From assembly GCA_036172245.1 (NCBI GenBank), contig JAYWIR010000005.1, forward strand, positions 620,001 to 684,000: a stretch of DNA of 64,000 bases, in the 5' to 3' direction. The DNA comes from Raillietiella orientalis (lineage: Eukaryota). Of the stretch, positions 13,914 to 27,387 are shown one piece after another; position 1 is the first letter of the stretch; each line of letters begins with the position of its first letter. Under the pieces are notes generated by a model. It worked only from the letters and a program-made list of their open reading frames with translations. It was not told the origin of the DNA and made no database searches. A program made the position numbers and the translations under genes.

Positions 13914-16900
13914 GGTGGGATTCGCCCAAGGGAACGGCGCAAGTGCACATTGCGACCCTGAGGAGGAAGGAGGGGCCTCCTTTTCCGCCAATCCTCGCCG
14001 AACGGTGGCACGGCAAGCAGTTCCTTCGGCAACAGCAGGCAGGCGGCCAGCGGGATGAGGAAATGCCCCTTCCGCTTCTCCTTCTAGGGTGAGGGGTGGG
14101 GCTAAGGGAGACGCCAGGCGCCTCCGAGTGGCACCTCCTGGACGCAATAGGGAATGCGACGTGGCAGCAGGGGGGGGGGGGTCTCGGCGGGCGACGCCGC
14201 TGATTGGAAGCCGCTCCCTCCGTGCTCTTCGCCTCCCATCTGGTGGCGGCGGGCTCGCGCCTGAGGGTCCTGAGGTCTCTCCCCCTTCCCGCCCCTCTCC
14301 GACCGGCGGGCTGCGAAGAGGCTCCGCGTGGGAGCGTCCTTCCCCGTCTCTTTGGACTCCCCGCATCCCCTCCCTTAAGCGACCTCCGCCGCCAGAGGGA
14401 AGCGGATATCGATCCCAGCTTCCGCGGCGGCAGGCCTGTTTCGCGCGAGAGGGAGAGAAGGGGAGGGGAGGTAGGCAGGGTTACCAGTCCTCTCACCGCA
14501 CGTCGTCTGCGATACTCCCTCCCTCGCCCTGCTGTCTGGACACGCTCGGTTCCGGGATTAAACCTCTTCCTTTCCTTTTCCCTCGAGGAGGGGGCGCTCG
14601 CACCTCATTCCCGACGAACGTCAGGGAGGGGAGGGGGGGCATACGGACTCGATCCCCAGCGGAGGGCGAGACGAGCCTGACCACGCCAAGCGGCAGCAGC
14701 AGCCATTAGTGTTGGGATCACCCGAAGGGAAAATCGCTCCGTGGACCCCCATTTTATTTGTGTGTTTTTGGTCTCCCCTTCTTCTCGGAAGGTGAAGGTA
14801 CCACTTTTTCTGTCCCCCATTCTTGGCCCCTCCGGTGCGCTCGCGCCTCCCCGCGGGAAATCCGCGGACGCGCCGAGGTGGGAACACACGCAAAAGTCTG
14901 AGCAAGAGTCCACTCACCGAAATCGTAGAGACTGCCGCCACCCACTCTCTGCTCGGGAAGAGCCTACTCTGAGCTGGGGTCCCTGGTCATCGCCCGAAAG
15001 GGCCGCCGCTGCTGCTGCACGCCACGGGCACGCGGGATCTCACTGACTCGAGTCTTTCGAAATTTTTTTTTTCTTTCCCCTTTTGAAGGGGTGGGGCGGG
15101 TCGGGACGGGACTAAAGGGAAGGGGGGCTTCCTCACACGGGTCGCCGACACTGGGAACGGGAGGTGCCCGCAAAGGAACCTTCCAGCTTCACCTCGCCGC
15201 CGCCGTCGTCGTCGTCCCCCGCTGCCGCTTTTCTTGTTTTTCTCTCGCTCTGGGCTCGCCGCCGGACCGCCGCCGCTGCTGCTGCTGCTTTGTCTCTCCT
15301 CTTTGTGTTCCTTCCTTTCCTTCTCCTTCTTCCTTCTCTATCCCCTCTCTCTATTCTCTTTTGCTTTCCAGAGTTTTTTCTTGTTTTTTTGTTTTTGTTT
15401 TTTCCTTCTGTTTTTTCTTTTTCCTTTTACGAAAAGGAAGAAGGAAAAGAAACCCCGCGAACTGGGATCACCAGGACGAGACGCCGACGAGTGCTGCCGC
15501 TCGCGCCGATCGAAAAACCTCCGCGCCCGGCGGCACACAGAAGAGTTGCGACGGCGACCGACTCACCACCGCGGCCACCACCACCGCCGCCGCCGCCGCC
15601 ACGTCGAGCGCTCCATCGCTGTTTGCGGCACCACTGGAATTAAAATATTCCAGAACGGTTCTTAATTATACTGGATTTTATCGATTTTTGTCATTGGGTG
15701 TACGACTCTTCGGCGATGTGCGCAGAATCCTCCACGACAGGAAGTTGGGCTATTTTTAGGTCGCCTTTATAATCCTCTACGAAAATAGAACATTCTTCAG
15801 GGGGAACGGGAATAACATTCACTTTAGCATCCGCAGCACACTGGAGAGACCGCGCGCGCGCGCGCAAAAACTATCGAGGAATTCTTTGTTTTCCGGAAGA
15901 AAGGCGCGAGGGAGGGGGAAGGCAGAGGAGGGGAGGGGGGAGGGAATGGCGGCACTAGCAGAGCAGACGGGAGGAGAGAGAGGAGGGAGAGGGAAAGGAA
16001 GGGGAAAGGAGGAGGAGGAGGAGGACGGTGATGGCCAACCACAGGGAACTGCGCAGCTGCTGCGCACATCCAGGAACGGAGGGTAAGGGACGAAGAACAC
16101 GGGAATCGACGCGCCACCGTGGAATAAAAAGAAAGGGTAAAACAAAAAAAAAACAAAAAAAAGCAAAAAAGGTGTGTGGGCGCAAGAAAAAAGAAAAATC
16201 CGCCGTTCTCCACGGCTGCGGCGGTCACCGAGAAACGGGCGGACGTCTCGCGTTACCCCCGACGACGCGCGCGAACAACGCGAGAGCAGGCAGCGAGTCT
16301 GCGACGGGCAGTCCAGCGGGGTGGGTGGTGCCTCGCATTTCCCCTGATGACGGACACAAACAGCGCAAGAGCGGCTCCACGACGGGCAAGCGAGTGCCAC
16401 CACCATCACCACCACCACCACCACCCACCGCCGCTGCCACTCGCGTCCCCCCCCCCCCCCCCCTCCGGCAGCCCGAGCCTACGGTTGAGCTTGCCGCGCG
16501 CGCGTGCAGCCCGCACATCCAGCGGCGCGCGCGTCTCCAAGCCGTCCGGACCGGCTGCCGCCGCCGCTCCGCCAGCGGCTCGCTTCGCCAGTTTAAAAAT
16601 AGCCCGCCGCCCGGAGCGCAGGGCTGCCAGTGGCAACAAAGGCGTTTTATTTATCTCCGTTGCTTCCTCGCAAGATAAACAGATCGCCGCCGGCCGAGAC
16701 AGGGACTAGCCCTTCGGGGCGTGTCGCTCCCTGTCGGCGTCGCACGTCCTCCTCCCTCTTCCTCCCCTCGCCTTCCGTCCTAGTCTTCTTTCTTTCTCTC
16801 TCTCTCTCTCACTCCCCCCTCCCTCATTTCCTTCTCTCGCCGTTTGCGCAGGCGACCACGTGGCTGTCCCGCGTGGCCTGCACGCTCTCGAGTGAGCGTC

Positions 16901-19900
16901 CAGCCTGCTTGACTTTCGACGGTGCGTTCGGTGGCAAGGCTGGAGGAGAATGGAGGAAAAACCGGGAACAGCAGCATCCCGGCGGCTGACCGCCGCCCCC
17001 TTACCAATCTCTTTGTTCGATCGGTGTCCCACGGAGGCTGCGCGGTAGCGGACTGATCGATGCTCTCCTCATATCGCCGCCGCTGCAGCAGGACGAATGC
17101 GCCTTCCTCAAGAGGAGAAGGGGAGGGGGGAAGTAGAATCGTCCCGGACGTTCGTCCCGCCTCCGGCCGGCCTTCACGTTCCCGGGCGGGGCTGGAAGAG
17201 GAGAGGAACTTGCAAGCTTCTCCCTTTCGCGGGAGAGCGCATGTAGGCACATGCGCTCTCCCGCGAAAGGCAGCCCCTCCACCCCGGGAGCCGCCAACCG
17301 GAGTCCGCTGCCGAGGAAGCGCGCGGCAGCGGACGGAGGGATCGAAGAAGGCTGCAACGGCTGACTGACCCCCCGGGACCCATGTGCGCCAAACGGCAGT
17401 CCAGTCCGAGGAGCGCAGCGTATTCCACCGGCCACCGGGTATCCAAGGAGACGGGGACGGTTCGGCGAGTCCTGCGAATTCGAGGAAATCGGTGGGAGCA
17501 GCCTGGCTCTTCTAGGTCTCTTTCCCTTGGTGGGGGGAAGGCGCTAAGGGCCTAGCAGGGAAGCCGCCGACCCTCCCTCCCCTCCTCCTTCTTCTCGCGG
17601 TTGGCGCGAAGCGGCCAAGAGATGCGTGTCCAGCTTCACCTAGCTTCCCGTGACCGAGCGCCAGCCGCTATGAGCGTTGAACACGCATGGTGGCTTGCGC
17701 TCGGTAACGGGGCCGGCGGTCGAAACCCCCTGGCGGGAGAACCCGGAAGCTGTCCTTGGAACGTGGAAGCGATCGCGACCTTCCGGAGCAAGGTAACACG
17801 ACCCCAGGCGACCCTCTCCCTTCTCCCCTTCACCCCGGTGCGCGCCGTAAGTGGCAGGGAGGGGCGCGGCTTCCCATCACGTGTTCCGAGCAGGCGCACC
17901 CCCGTTCGTCCCTTTGTAGCTTGGCCTAGGAGCCTTCCTCGCCCGGGCAGGGGACTTCTGAGAAGGCGGGGACAGGACTCCATAACCAAATTCTCTCCCC
18001 CTCCCTATCCCCTCCTCGTGAGGCCCAAGAGCCCGCGGGCACTCGAGCTCAGCCAGAGGCACTTTTGCCGCAAGCGCGCCCACTCCCTCCACGCGCTCAG
18101 GCCGACCTCGGCTTCCGTTCATCCTTGCCGGACGGGATCCTCTGCGAGAGCGAGCTCCCTGTCCGGGGACGCTGATCCCCGCTCTCTTCTGGCTTACTTG
18201 TCCTCTCCCACCTGCTCCCGGCCAAAAAAAAAAAAAACACCTGGGAAGAACTCGCGCAAACCTCCGCTGCAACAGCCTTTCCTTCCACAGCCGACGCAGT
18301 CGGCGCAGAGGTGTTTACCTCCCTCCACAGAGCCCTCCTCTCGCGAGGTGTTTCGTTCCGTGCCCGGAACCCGCAACAATTTCGCCGAGTAGGTGAACGG
18401 CAGTGGTATAATCGGCACGACTAGGGAATTAAAAGGGAAAAAAAAGTGGCAACACTGACCTTGACGAGCGTTTTTTTTTTTCCCTTTCAAAAAAATAAAT
18501 AAAAGTAAAAATAAAAATAGCTATTCAAGATGCCGATGTGCACAAAAATAACTGCGGATGTTGGTGAGAAAGCAACATTTGGAAACATAAGATGCCCGGG
18601 GAGTTTTTTACAGTGCGAAGGCGCGAACGGAAATTGCAGTAAGGTTAGTGCAGAGAATGAGTCAAGTGAACATCATGTGAGCCGCTGTTTCGTCAGCATG
18701 CTGGCGCGTGTTCATTGGTTGTATTGTTTTCCTCACTTGTCGGTCATTGGTGGGGCAAACCGGAAGACAGAGAGCAAGCGGGCAAGCGAACGGAAAACGG
18801 TGGCGAGTCGGGCAGCGAGCTAAAGGATGGATAAAAAGGTCACCATCGCAGAAAAGGTCGCTTTTCTGGTGGGAGATCCGATCCTTCCCTGATGCTCTCG
18901 GCACCTCGCTCGCTACCCCTGCCCTGGCCCTCCCCCCATCGTCCCAGGCAGCTGGCGTGCAGGCAGGCGCGCGCGACCACCGCCTGGACACATCCGACTG
19001 CCTTGGACCGGGTTCAGGACTTCCTCCCGGGGAGTTCGCTCGTTCCTCTCCCGTTCCATTCGAAGGCTGGTCGTGCCCTTGCCCTTCCGAGTGTCTAAGC
19101 GGCGTTCGTGTAGACGACGGCTCACCATCTTGCGATTCCCTGGAAGTTCGGAGACCAAATAGAAGTAAGGAAGGCGAGGCTGCTTCGCGGAAAAAAATGC
19201 TCCCGTTCCCTCTTCCCGTTAAGGTCGCTCAGGAGCAGGAGGAATCTCGGGGCTGCCTGGTCGCTACGCGCGCGCAGCGGCAGCAGGAAAGTCCCTCTCC
19301 GGATGGGCGCTGCCTTGGGTTGGTAGGTCGCCATCGGTTCGCCCGACTTCTGCACGAGCCCTCCTCGCTCCATGCAGACGCCGAGTGAAACTGTCCAACG
19401 GATACTCGAAGAACAAGAAATGGTCTAAAAGAGCCTGTCGGTCTTTTTGTGCATTTTTCTTTTTTCTTCCTTTTCCCGAAACTTTTTTTTTTGTTCCTTT
19501 TTTTTTTTTCTCGCTATTTTCCCACATAGTCTCTGGACGTCGCCGAGCATCTCGACCCACGTCTTATGACCTTTCCAGTACTGTCCAACGGGATCGCTTT
19601 CCATTGTTCCGCGGAAGCATTTGTGAAGTTGCTGCGAACTCTCCACTTCTGAGGGCGTCGCCTTCCGCCAGTGCAGTACGCGAAGAGGAGCCGGTTGACA
19701 ACGGTGGGAGCACCACCACGTCGCCGTCCTGTAGCCTTGGCGCCGGGGTACTGGTCTTCGGTCCGACGAGGTCGTCCACGGACCGCTCCCTCGTCAGCCA
19801 CGCTGGCTGTGCCGCTGCTTCTGAACGTCCCATCCTTCCCCCGCCCATACGCTCCCACCGCTTCGCCAGAAGGCCCTCCTGAGAGTGCCTCGCTGCTGAT

Positions 19901-22900
19901 GGAGATGTGGTTGAGCCATCGGGTCCGGAAAGGAAGAGCAGCCTCCAGAATGGAGTCTCCCCGGATTGCTCAAGAAGTGCGCGTCTTTTCGGTCGCGCAC
20001 AAGCCCATCGCCTCCGCAGCTGCCTCGCAGGGGCGACCTGGGAACGGGGGACCTCGAAGGGGAGCCTTGCTCTCGGACCCTCTCGCTGGTCCTCTTCATC
20101 TTTGGTAAGGTTCGCTGGTGGCCCTGTTGACATTACTCTTGCCTCTAGCTATTCCCTGGTCTTCTTCCTGAAGATCTGCCCACGGTCGACAGACCTCCGA
20201 CATCGCCGCGGAAGAGCCCCCGGAAACCATGGAAACCCGTCGAGCCCTTCGAGACGCTGACTCCCCGAGGCGACGTCGCTGCGGAGCAGGCAGACTCTCG
20301 CAACTGTCTGCCTAGCCTGACCCTCTTTTCTACGGACTTGAAGGGACGATGACTCTTTGCGGGGGACCTTCTATACCTGAGTCCCACCGGAAGGTCAAGA
20401 GATTCGGAGAGAAGAAGCAAAAAAGGAACAGATTTAAAGACACGTTGCGGATGCGTAAGTTTGGCCTCCGTTTAAGAAAAGTTTCGCGCATCCTTACGGA
20501 TGGCAGGTTCTTCGAGGGTCATCTCGGAGACGAGGTTGCAGTAGCACCTCTCCGATCGCTGCGTGGAGCCGGAAACTGCCCCAGGTGCGAGGATCATCCT
20601 CCGGGTAGGTCTCGGCGCAGGTCCTGCGGAGCAGGAAAAGGCAGGTGGGCGGCAGGTGGAAGGCGACTTCGGCTGAGCGAGGAGACTCTGGAGTGACCTG
20701 CGCGCACGCACGAACCCCACGCAAGGGACTGCTGGCCACTGGGACGAATCCTCAGGAACGGAAAGAAAGCAAATGGGGGGGGGGGGTTGATTTTTCTCCT
20801 TGACTTTGCCAACTGGGAGGAGCTGCCTGCCGGGGAGGGCGCTCGTGTTCGACTCTTGAATGCTGGCACCGAAAGATTTCCACGATTTCACAGCAACCAA
20901 AAATGGTTTTTTTTTTTTTCTTTCCTTGTTTTTTTTCGCAACTAAGCTCGAGGGACTTTTTGTTGAGGACCACGAGACATCGCCTCGGTGCAGGCTGTTT
21001 TCGTCCCTGGTGTTGACAGCAGCGTGATGAAATGGGGGCGAGGAGCCTACGCGGAGCGATGACGAGAAATTATCTTCGTGAACAGGATCGAAGAGAGACG
21101 AAAACACAAGATGCGAAAAAACACGACGGTTCGTCTTGGGGCTGCTCTTGTGACGCTCATGTGCGTGCACGTGTGAGTGCATGTACGTGTGTGTGTATGT
21201 GTGTTTCTTCTAAATTTCTCTCCTTCCGTTTCGCTTTTCCGTGGGTTGCGCGGGCTCGCAGCAGTTCCGCATAAAAAGAGCGCTAACACGCGTTCGGTTT
21301 TTCCCCGCACGCGCCATTCCAGATTCCCCGCAGTTGTTTCCCGTTTTTCTGCTTCTGAACATCTCGTGCACCACCGCATCCACTCTAGAAAACCCCATCG
21401 CAGTCAGTGATTCAAAGACGTTCACTCTCCGACATCAGCCTACACCAGAGCCTCGAGGACGCACCTCGTAGAATACAGAACCCTTTTCTCTTTTTGGCGG
21501 CATGCTTTGTTACTACGGTTACGATGGTGTTCAAGTATGTACCCATTTATTTTTTTTTTAATGGTGAACAAGATGGTTGCGATGGTGCACTGTTTTTCTT
21601 TTTTTTTTTTTCTGAAGGGGGAGGGGGGCAACTTTTTCGCACTCACCTGTTTTAAGATTTCGTTTCCGCCTCGCCGCTTTTCGGCCCTCCGCCGATCATC
21701 CTCGCAGCGCCCCTGTGCACGCGCGGACTTGGGAATGCGCACACGGAGACATGAATTATTCATCAATTCCCTCCGGATTATTCCGTGTTTGGTCGAAACG
21801 TGCGTCTAACGATCCCGCGCGAGCGGTATCTTCAGGAAGGGAACGAAGGAAGGCCCCGGCAGCCGGGAATCCTCCCCGTCATTTATTTGGCTTGTTTGTT
21901 CTTCCCATCAACCAACACTGTCCAACTGGCTCGACTCGCATGGCAATTTCCGACCGGAGCTCTTGCGAACGACTCACTCCGCCGCGCGTCCCGCGGAGTC
22001 CCGGGCCTAGGGAACATCCAGCCGCGTAGCCACGGAGACGCGGGCAGCTCATCAACAATGCACTCTGGTTTGGGCTTTGGATCCTTGCACGGGGAGCAGG
22101 AGGGGTTTTATTTTTATTTTTTTTTATCCCCCCCCCTCCCCTCCAGGACTTAAACAATGGAATACAGAAATATCGGCAAACTCCAAGTGGCGGGTTTCGG
22201 AAAAACTAAAGGAGAGGGGGAGGCGTGGGGGGAGGGGGAAGAAAAGAAGCGAAGATGGGAAACCCGCGTTCACCCTGGCAATCCGAATGGATTCCTTGGC
22301 GTTTTCATTTTGTACTTTCCCTCCTCGAAAGGTCTGTCTGCTCTCCCCCGTGCTGACTTCTGCCACCTCGGATTGGTTACCCGCGCGATTTTCGGGGATT
22401 TTCTGCGATCTCGGGGGAGGGCGGGTGGGCATCGCGTCTGCTGCGCAGCCCCGGCAACGCACCAGACCGGTTCCTAACCTCACTCTCTCTTCTGGATCCA
22501 TGAAAGATGAGTTCTAATCGGAGACCGGCTGGAGCAAAGCTCCCTTATTTATACCAACTGGGTTTTAGTCCCCCCCCCCTCCCCTCCCCCGTCTCCTTTT
22601 TTCTTTCTTTCTTTTTTTTCACCCTGTGTTTATTTTTGCTAGCTGAAGATTCTGCATCGAGATCTTCTCACTTCATATCATTCCCCTCTCTCTTTCCCCC
22701 CCCCCCTTCCTTTTTTTTTTTTTTTTGCGTGCATGTGTTTTCATCAACGGCGTCTCTCATAAAAATAATTCTCCTGTGGGGGATGCCTCCTCTTTAGGAA
22801 ACCGACGCATACGTTGTTTCCATCATTCCCTCCCCCCCCCCTTCTCTTTCTTCTCGTGTTTCTTCGTGGAGAATTTTTCCTGGTCGCTAGCTTTGGGCCG

Positions 22901-23513
22901 CAAAGCCAGTGCATCGGTAGAAAGAGAAAAGCAGGCCCAGACTCACCGCAGTGACTTTCCCTGCTGAGCTGAGGCGCGCAGAGCAGTGGGGAGGGATGAC
23001 CTGCTTGGGAGAACCCTGCTTTTTCGTTCCCCCCCCCCCTCCCCCCCCTTCCTCCTTTCCTGGCGGCAGCTCCTCCGTGAGATTCGCGCCAACGGACAGA
23101 CGCGCTCCTTCGTGCGAAGGTCATGCCCGGCTTAAACTGCAACTGCAAATCGATGGCCGCCGTTTTCCTCCTCCTCCTCCTCTTCCCTCCTTCCACCTCT
23201 TCCTCCGTCCTTCCTTCCTCCTTCTTCCTCCTCCTCTTCCATCACTTATCTCTTTCCATCTCTTCCTTTTCTTCTCCTCCTCTTCCTCTTCCCCGAACTG
23301 AGGAAATTTTCGGCAGTGAAGCGCGTGCGAAATGAATGCACAAAGTGTTTCAAAAGAAGATTCGTGTTTCCGTGTTGCTACGCCGGCAAGTCTTTCAGGC
23401 CAGGAAGACAAAAAAAAAAAAAAAAGAGGGAGGAGGGGGGGGGGGTGAAACGCGCACACACACGATCGATCCTACGTTTAGGAGTCGATCCGTTCTTCCC
23501 GGGTTGTCCGTGT

Positions 23514-24631
23514 CTACGGCCGGGAGCTGCCGCCGTAGTGGTTGTTGTTGTGGTGATGGTAGAAGACGATGTCCTTGATAAACTTCCGTTGCCACCTGCG
23601 GACGAGGAACCTCATCCTCCAGACCGCCTGCGGGACTCTCGCTAGGACGCGAAATTTCCAGGGGGGCGGGGCGACCTTTTCGCCGCCGCGGTGGGGGGTA
23701 GACGGGAGGCCCGCGAACGCGGTCAGGGAGATCATGCCACGCTGGGACTGCGAGAGCTGGCATCCCCGGAGGAGGTTCAGCAGGTACTGCTTCTGCCACA
23801 CGAGCGCCCGGCGGCAGCTCTCCGCCTTCATGCAGCGCAGCGCGCACAGGCGACCTCTCGAGGAGCAGCACGACCTTTCCAGTGCGAGGTGCAGCAGCGC
23901 CCTCTCCCGTGACCACGCGCGGCGCTCCTCTTCCTGCGGCGGCGGCAGCTCCTCTTGCGCATCTTCTGCTGCTGGTGCTGCTGCTTGCGCCTGTGGATAA
24001 GAGGGCTGCCGTGCTTTTGTCTCTTTTCCCGGCGCGGCAGTCGCCGGAAAAGTTACCTGGTCAAGGTGCTTCCGGTGAGGATTGGCGTGCAGCGCCCTCT
24101 CTCGCGGCGCCGTCCGCGCACAACCGGCGGAGATGCGACCCACGTCCTGCCAGCTCGACATCGTTATGACCCGCGGCTCTTCCTGCCCCCCTCGGTCAAC
24201 CTGCGTCTCGCCGCTGTCCTGCATCCTCGTGCGGGACCGGAGGGCGTCTCGGCCCACGCGCAGCTGCCAAGTCTCTTGCGGCCACCTCTCGGATTCCTGC
24301 TCCCTGCTCAGGACGAGCTCCCTCGCCTTCTCCAGCTGCGCCCTAACACGCACACAAATACACAGAACGGCGACGCTGCTGCCCTTCCTCGGCGGCTTGC
24401 TTACTGGAGGCCACGGTGCGCTCGCCTCTGCTCTTCGAGGCGGTCGCTGCACTCCCGCACGACTGCTCTCATCCTTGCCAACAGACTATGGAAGTGGCGG
24501 CTGATGGGACCAGCTGAAATGGCTAAACAGCGGGCTGAGTGGTCGGGGCCGAGGGAGCCACACGTACTCTGCACGCCTACCGACGCAGCTCCGCGGCTTC
24601 TCCGGGCTTTCGCACGACCCCTAGGGCGCTT
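23514..24631 (-). CDS. Pericentrin/AKAP9-like coiled-coil protein with C-terminal PACT domain (3' exons; 5' end unresolved)
   Basis: PACT motifs KAESCRRALVWQKQYLL and KFRVLARVPQAVWRMRFLVRRWQRK. In-frame spliced exons 24631-24581, 24485-24405, 24342-24057 and 23990-23514 with GT-AG introns give ...ELRRLLARMRAVVRECSDRLEEQRRAHRGLQAQLEKAREL..., a coiled coil. Confidence 0.82.
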
Positions 24632-27331
24632 CTGGAAGGAGAAAAAGAATCAAAAGAAGAACAGCAAGAAGAAGGAAATCCGATTCTCGCGGGCGCGGGG
24701 CCTGTGGGGCGAAACGCTCCCATTTACTGATAGCGAGAAGAAAAAAAAAAAACCCAGGGTGAAAATGAAACTTCACGTCAGCGCAAGAATAAATGTTTGT
24801 GGCGAAGGAACGGGCGGTGGTGGACACCAGCAGGGCGCACGTGCACACGCAACTTTTACTTTGTTTATCCGGCATATTTGTTTAATTTCCATCTGGTCCC
24901 ACCAAAACGAAATTCGGTGTAATTTGGCGCGCGGCACCAAGTTTACTCTGGCGAACTGATTAAATCCATTCTAATCATCGAGGAAAAAAAAAAAAAAGAA
25001 ATGACGAAAAAGAAATCTGTTTCTTCTGCAAATGAATGGTAAATTGGTTTTTGATTCCCTCTTAGAAGCGATCATCGATTTTTGTTCCCCTCTTGAGTCT
25101 CTCAGACGGACCTTGGGGGACGCGAGAGTTGATTTTGATCAGCACGTCCAGCAGCATCGGTGGAAGAGATGGTTTCCTTCTTTCCCAGGTGCGACTGCAC
25201 CTCGTTCTCGCCGCCGCCTTAGCGACTGTTGCCGCCGGGGTCTCCAAGAGTGCACCACCTCTACGTGAAGAATGGACCGCCACCGCGCTCTTCAAACAAT
25301 CCGAGCGACACGTGGAATCCGGTTCAAAGAAGAAGGCGTTGCCTACGACCGAGCGTCAGTGAATCTTCCGGTATCCTCAAACGACGTGGCCAAGCAGCTA
25401 TCCGGTGCGACGGTGTATGAGGAAAGTTCTCGAAGCAGACTGATGTTGCGATCCCCCCACCCCCACCCCCAGCAACTGCTGTCTGCATCCCGATTCCACA
25501 CGAGCTACCGAAACCACTCACTCGCTCCTGCATCTCTTCCTCCACCCACTTCGAAGGTTCTGACCGCCTGCTTCAGAAAGATCGAATTCCCGGTTTCCGA
25601 GTCTCTCGAATGGAGGGGGGGGAGAAGGAGCTGCTGCACTTTGCAGTCCTCACCGCACTGCATGCGCAGATATTTGTTTCTCATTTATTCGCGAGCCGAT
25701 CAAAATGCCACACTCTTCCACGGAGGCTGGGCGGCGCATCCCGCCTGCGGATGCGCAAACCCTCCTCCTCCGGCCGGCCCAAGAACACCGCGGAGATTCC
25801 TCCGTCCGTCGCGCCAGCCCGACACGACGGAAAATTCCCTGTGCCTGGAAAGCCCGGCGACCAGTTTCGTTCTTCTCCGCAGCTGAGCTTCCCTTCAGGA
25901 CAAGCACTCAAGAGACATACGCATGCATTTCGGAATCACGGAAGCAGCTGGAACGGTTCCAGCTGCTGCTGCTCCGAGTCCTCATCGGTAAAGTGTTGCA
26001 AACCAAAGCCGGGAGAAAGGAAACTTTTTCCTTGCATCGAAAGCCAAGGACAGCTGTATCATCCCAGAGAGTCATTATCCTCTCGTCTTCCTAATTATTT
26101 ACAGTTTTACCGAGGTCTGATTTACGGCGTAAAAAAAAAATACACAGCAGCGCCTGTCTGATGACGTTTCTTCTTTCCTATTATTATTATTATTATTATT
26201 ATTTTCGCTTGCGACCTGCCGTGCGTTTGATTTCCATGCTGAATTGCTGAAGGTTTTCGCTTGTTGGCTTCACCGGAAGGACTCTGGCAATTTGGTTTTC
26301 GGATCGCGCGAAACGGAAGCTACTACTATCCCAGGTGATTCCAAGTTTTGCGTTAGCCGGGCTAACCAATTCGAAACAAGTTTAACATTTTCCTTTGCTG
26401 CTCTTGCCTTTTCTTTTTTCTTTTTTTCCCGCAGCCTAACAAACCGCACTCGTTTGCCAGCTGTTATTGAAGACCTGCCATTATCTGCGGTTGTGTACAA
26501 TCGGGATACGGATAGTCCCGACCTGGTTGGACGCTGATTTACATTTCCAAGGTGACGAAAACACAGTACAACGTTGGACAGCATTCTAAATGGTTTGCCC
26601 AAGGATTGTATGAGCGGATCCTCTGATTCTGCAGGGACTGACGAATTCAATATATGGATGGTTTTTTTTTTTTTTCTTCTTCTTCTCTTTTTTTTTTTTT
26701 TTTTTTACATTGGACAGAGTTGTTGAGCCAAAATGCGAAAGCTGAATTCAAACACGCACAGAAAAATCCCTTATCGATGATAAATCCTCCAAAATTTAAG
26801 CAAACGGTAGAAGGAAGCTCTCCCTCCCACCCCACATCCATCATGGCGTGTCCGAGTTGTAACGATCGAAAACACAAACTCGACTCTCATTTTCGGCTTT
26901 ATTTATTTTCCTTTTATTTACTTTCCACGCTATTTTATCAATAGTATTTCGAGCTCGGGATGACGCAACGCAGCGGCAAGTTTTTGTACAGTACTCTCCT
27001 TTTTTTTAAAAAAAAAAAAATCGCTCTAGCGCGGGAGTACACGGTGCCAAGTTTGGGGCTTTTAAACAAACGTGCATTCGCCACAGTTAATGCATGAGAT
27101 TTCCGAAATGCAGTAAGCTGGCTTTTGCATAATTCATGTAACGAAAAACAACAAAAAAAAAAGTCCATAAAGAGTAATGAACCTGTCGTGCCTTTCAAGA
27201 GAGAGAGTTTCGAAAAACTGAGGAATCACGTGTGAGCAGTCGATTTTGTCCAATCCTTTCCATCCTATGATTCTCAACGCTTCCAGAATCCTCCTCCCTT
27301 CTCTCTCTCTCCCTCCCTTTGAGTGGTCACG

Positions 27332-27332
<1 letters not shown>

Positions 27333-27383
<51 letters not shown>
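27333..27383. repeat. 51-nt poly(T) tract
   Basis: Direct count; longest homopolymer in the window. Confidence 0.9.

Positions 27384-27387
<4 letters not shown>

Noticed and set aside
19564..20420. Minus-strand ORFs that look exon-like
   Set aside because: An in-frame stop separates them, and there are no clear splice sites or motifs.
130..23400. Numerous long overlapping ORFs in all six frames
   Set aside because: R/G/P/A-rich, they run through homopolymers and show no domain motifs; expected from stop-codon scarcity in GC-rich DNA.
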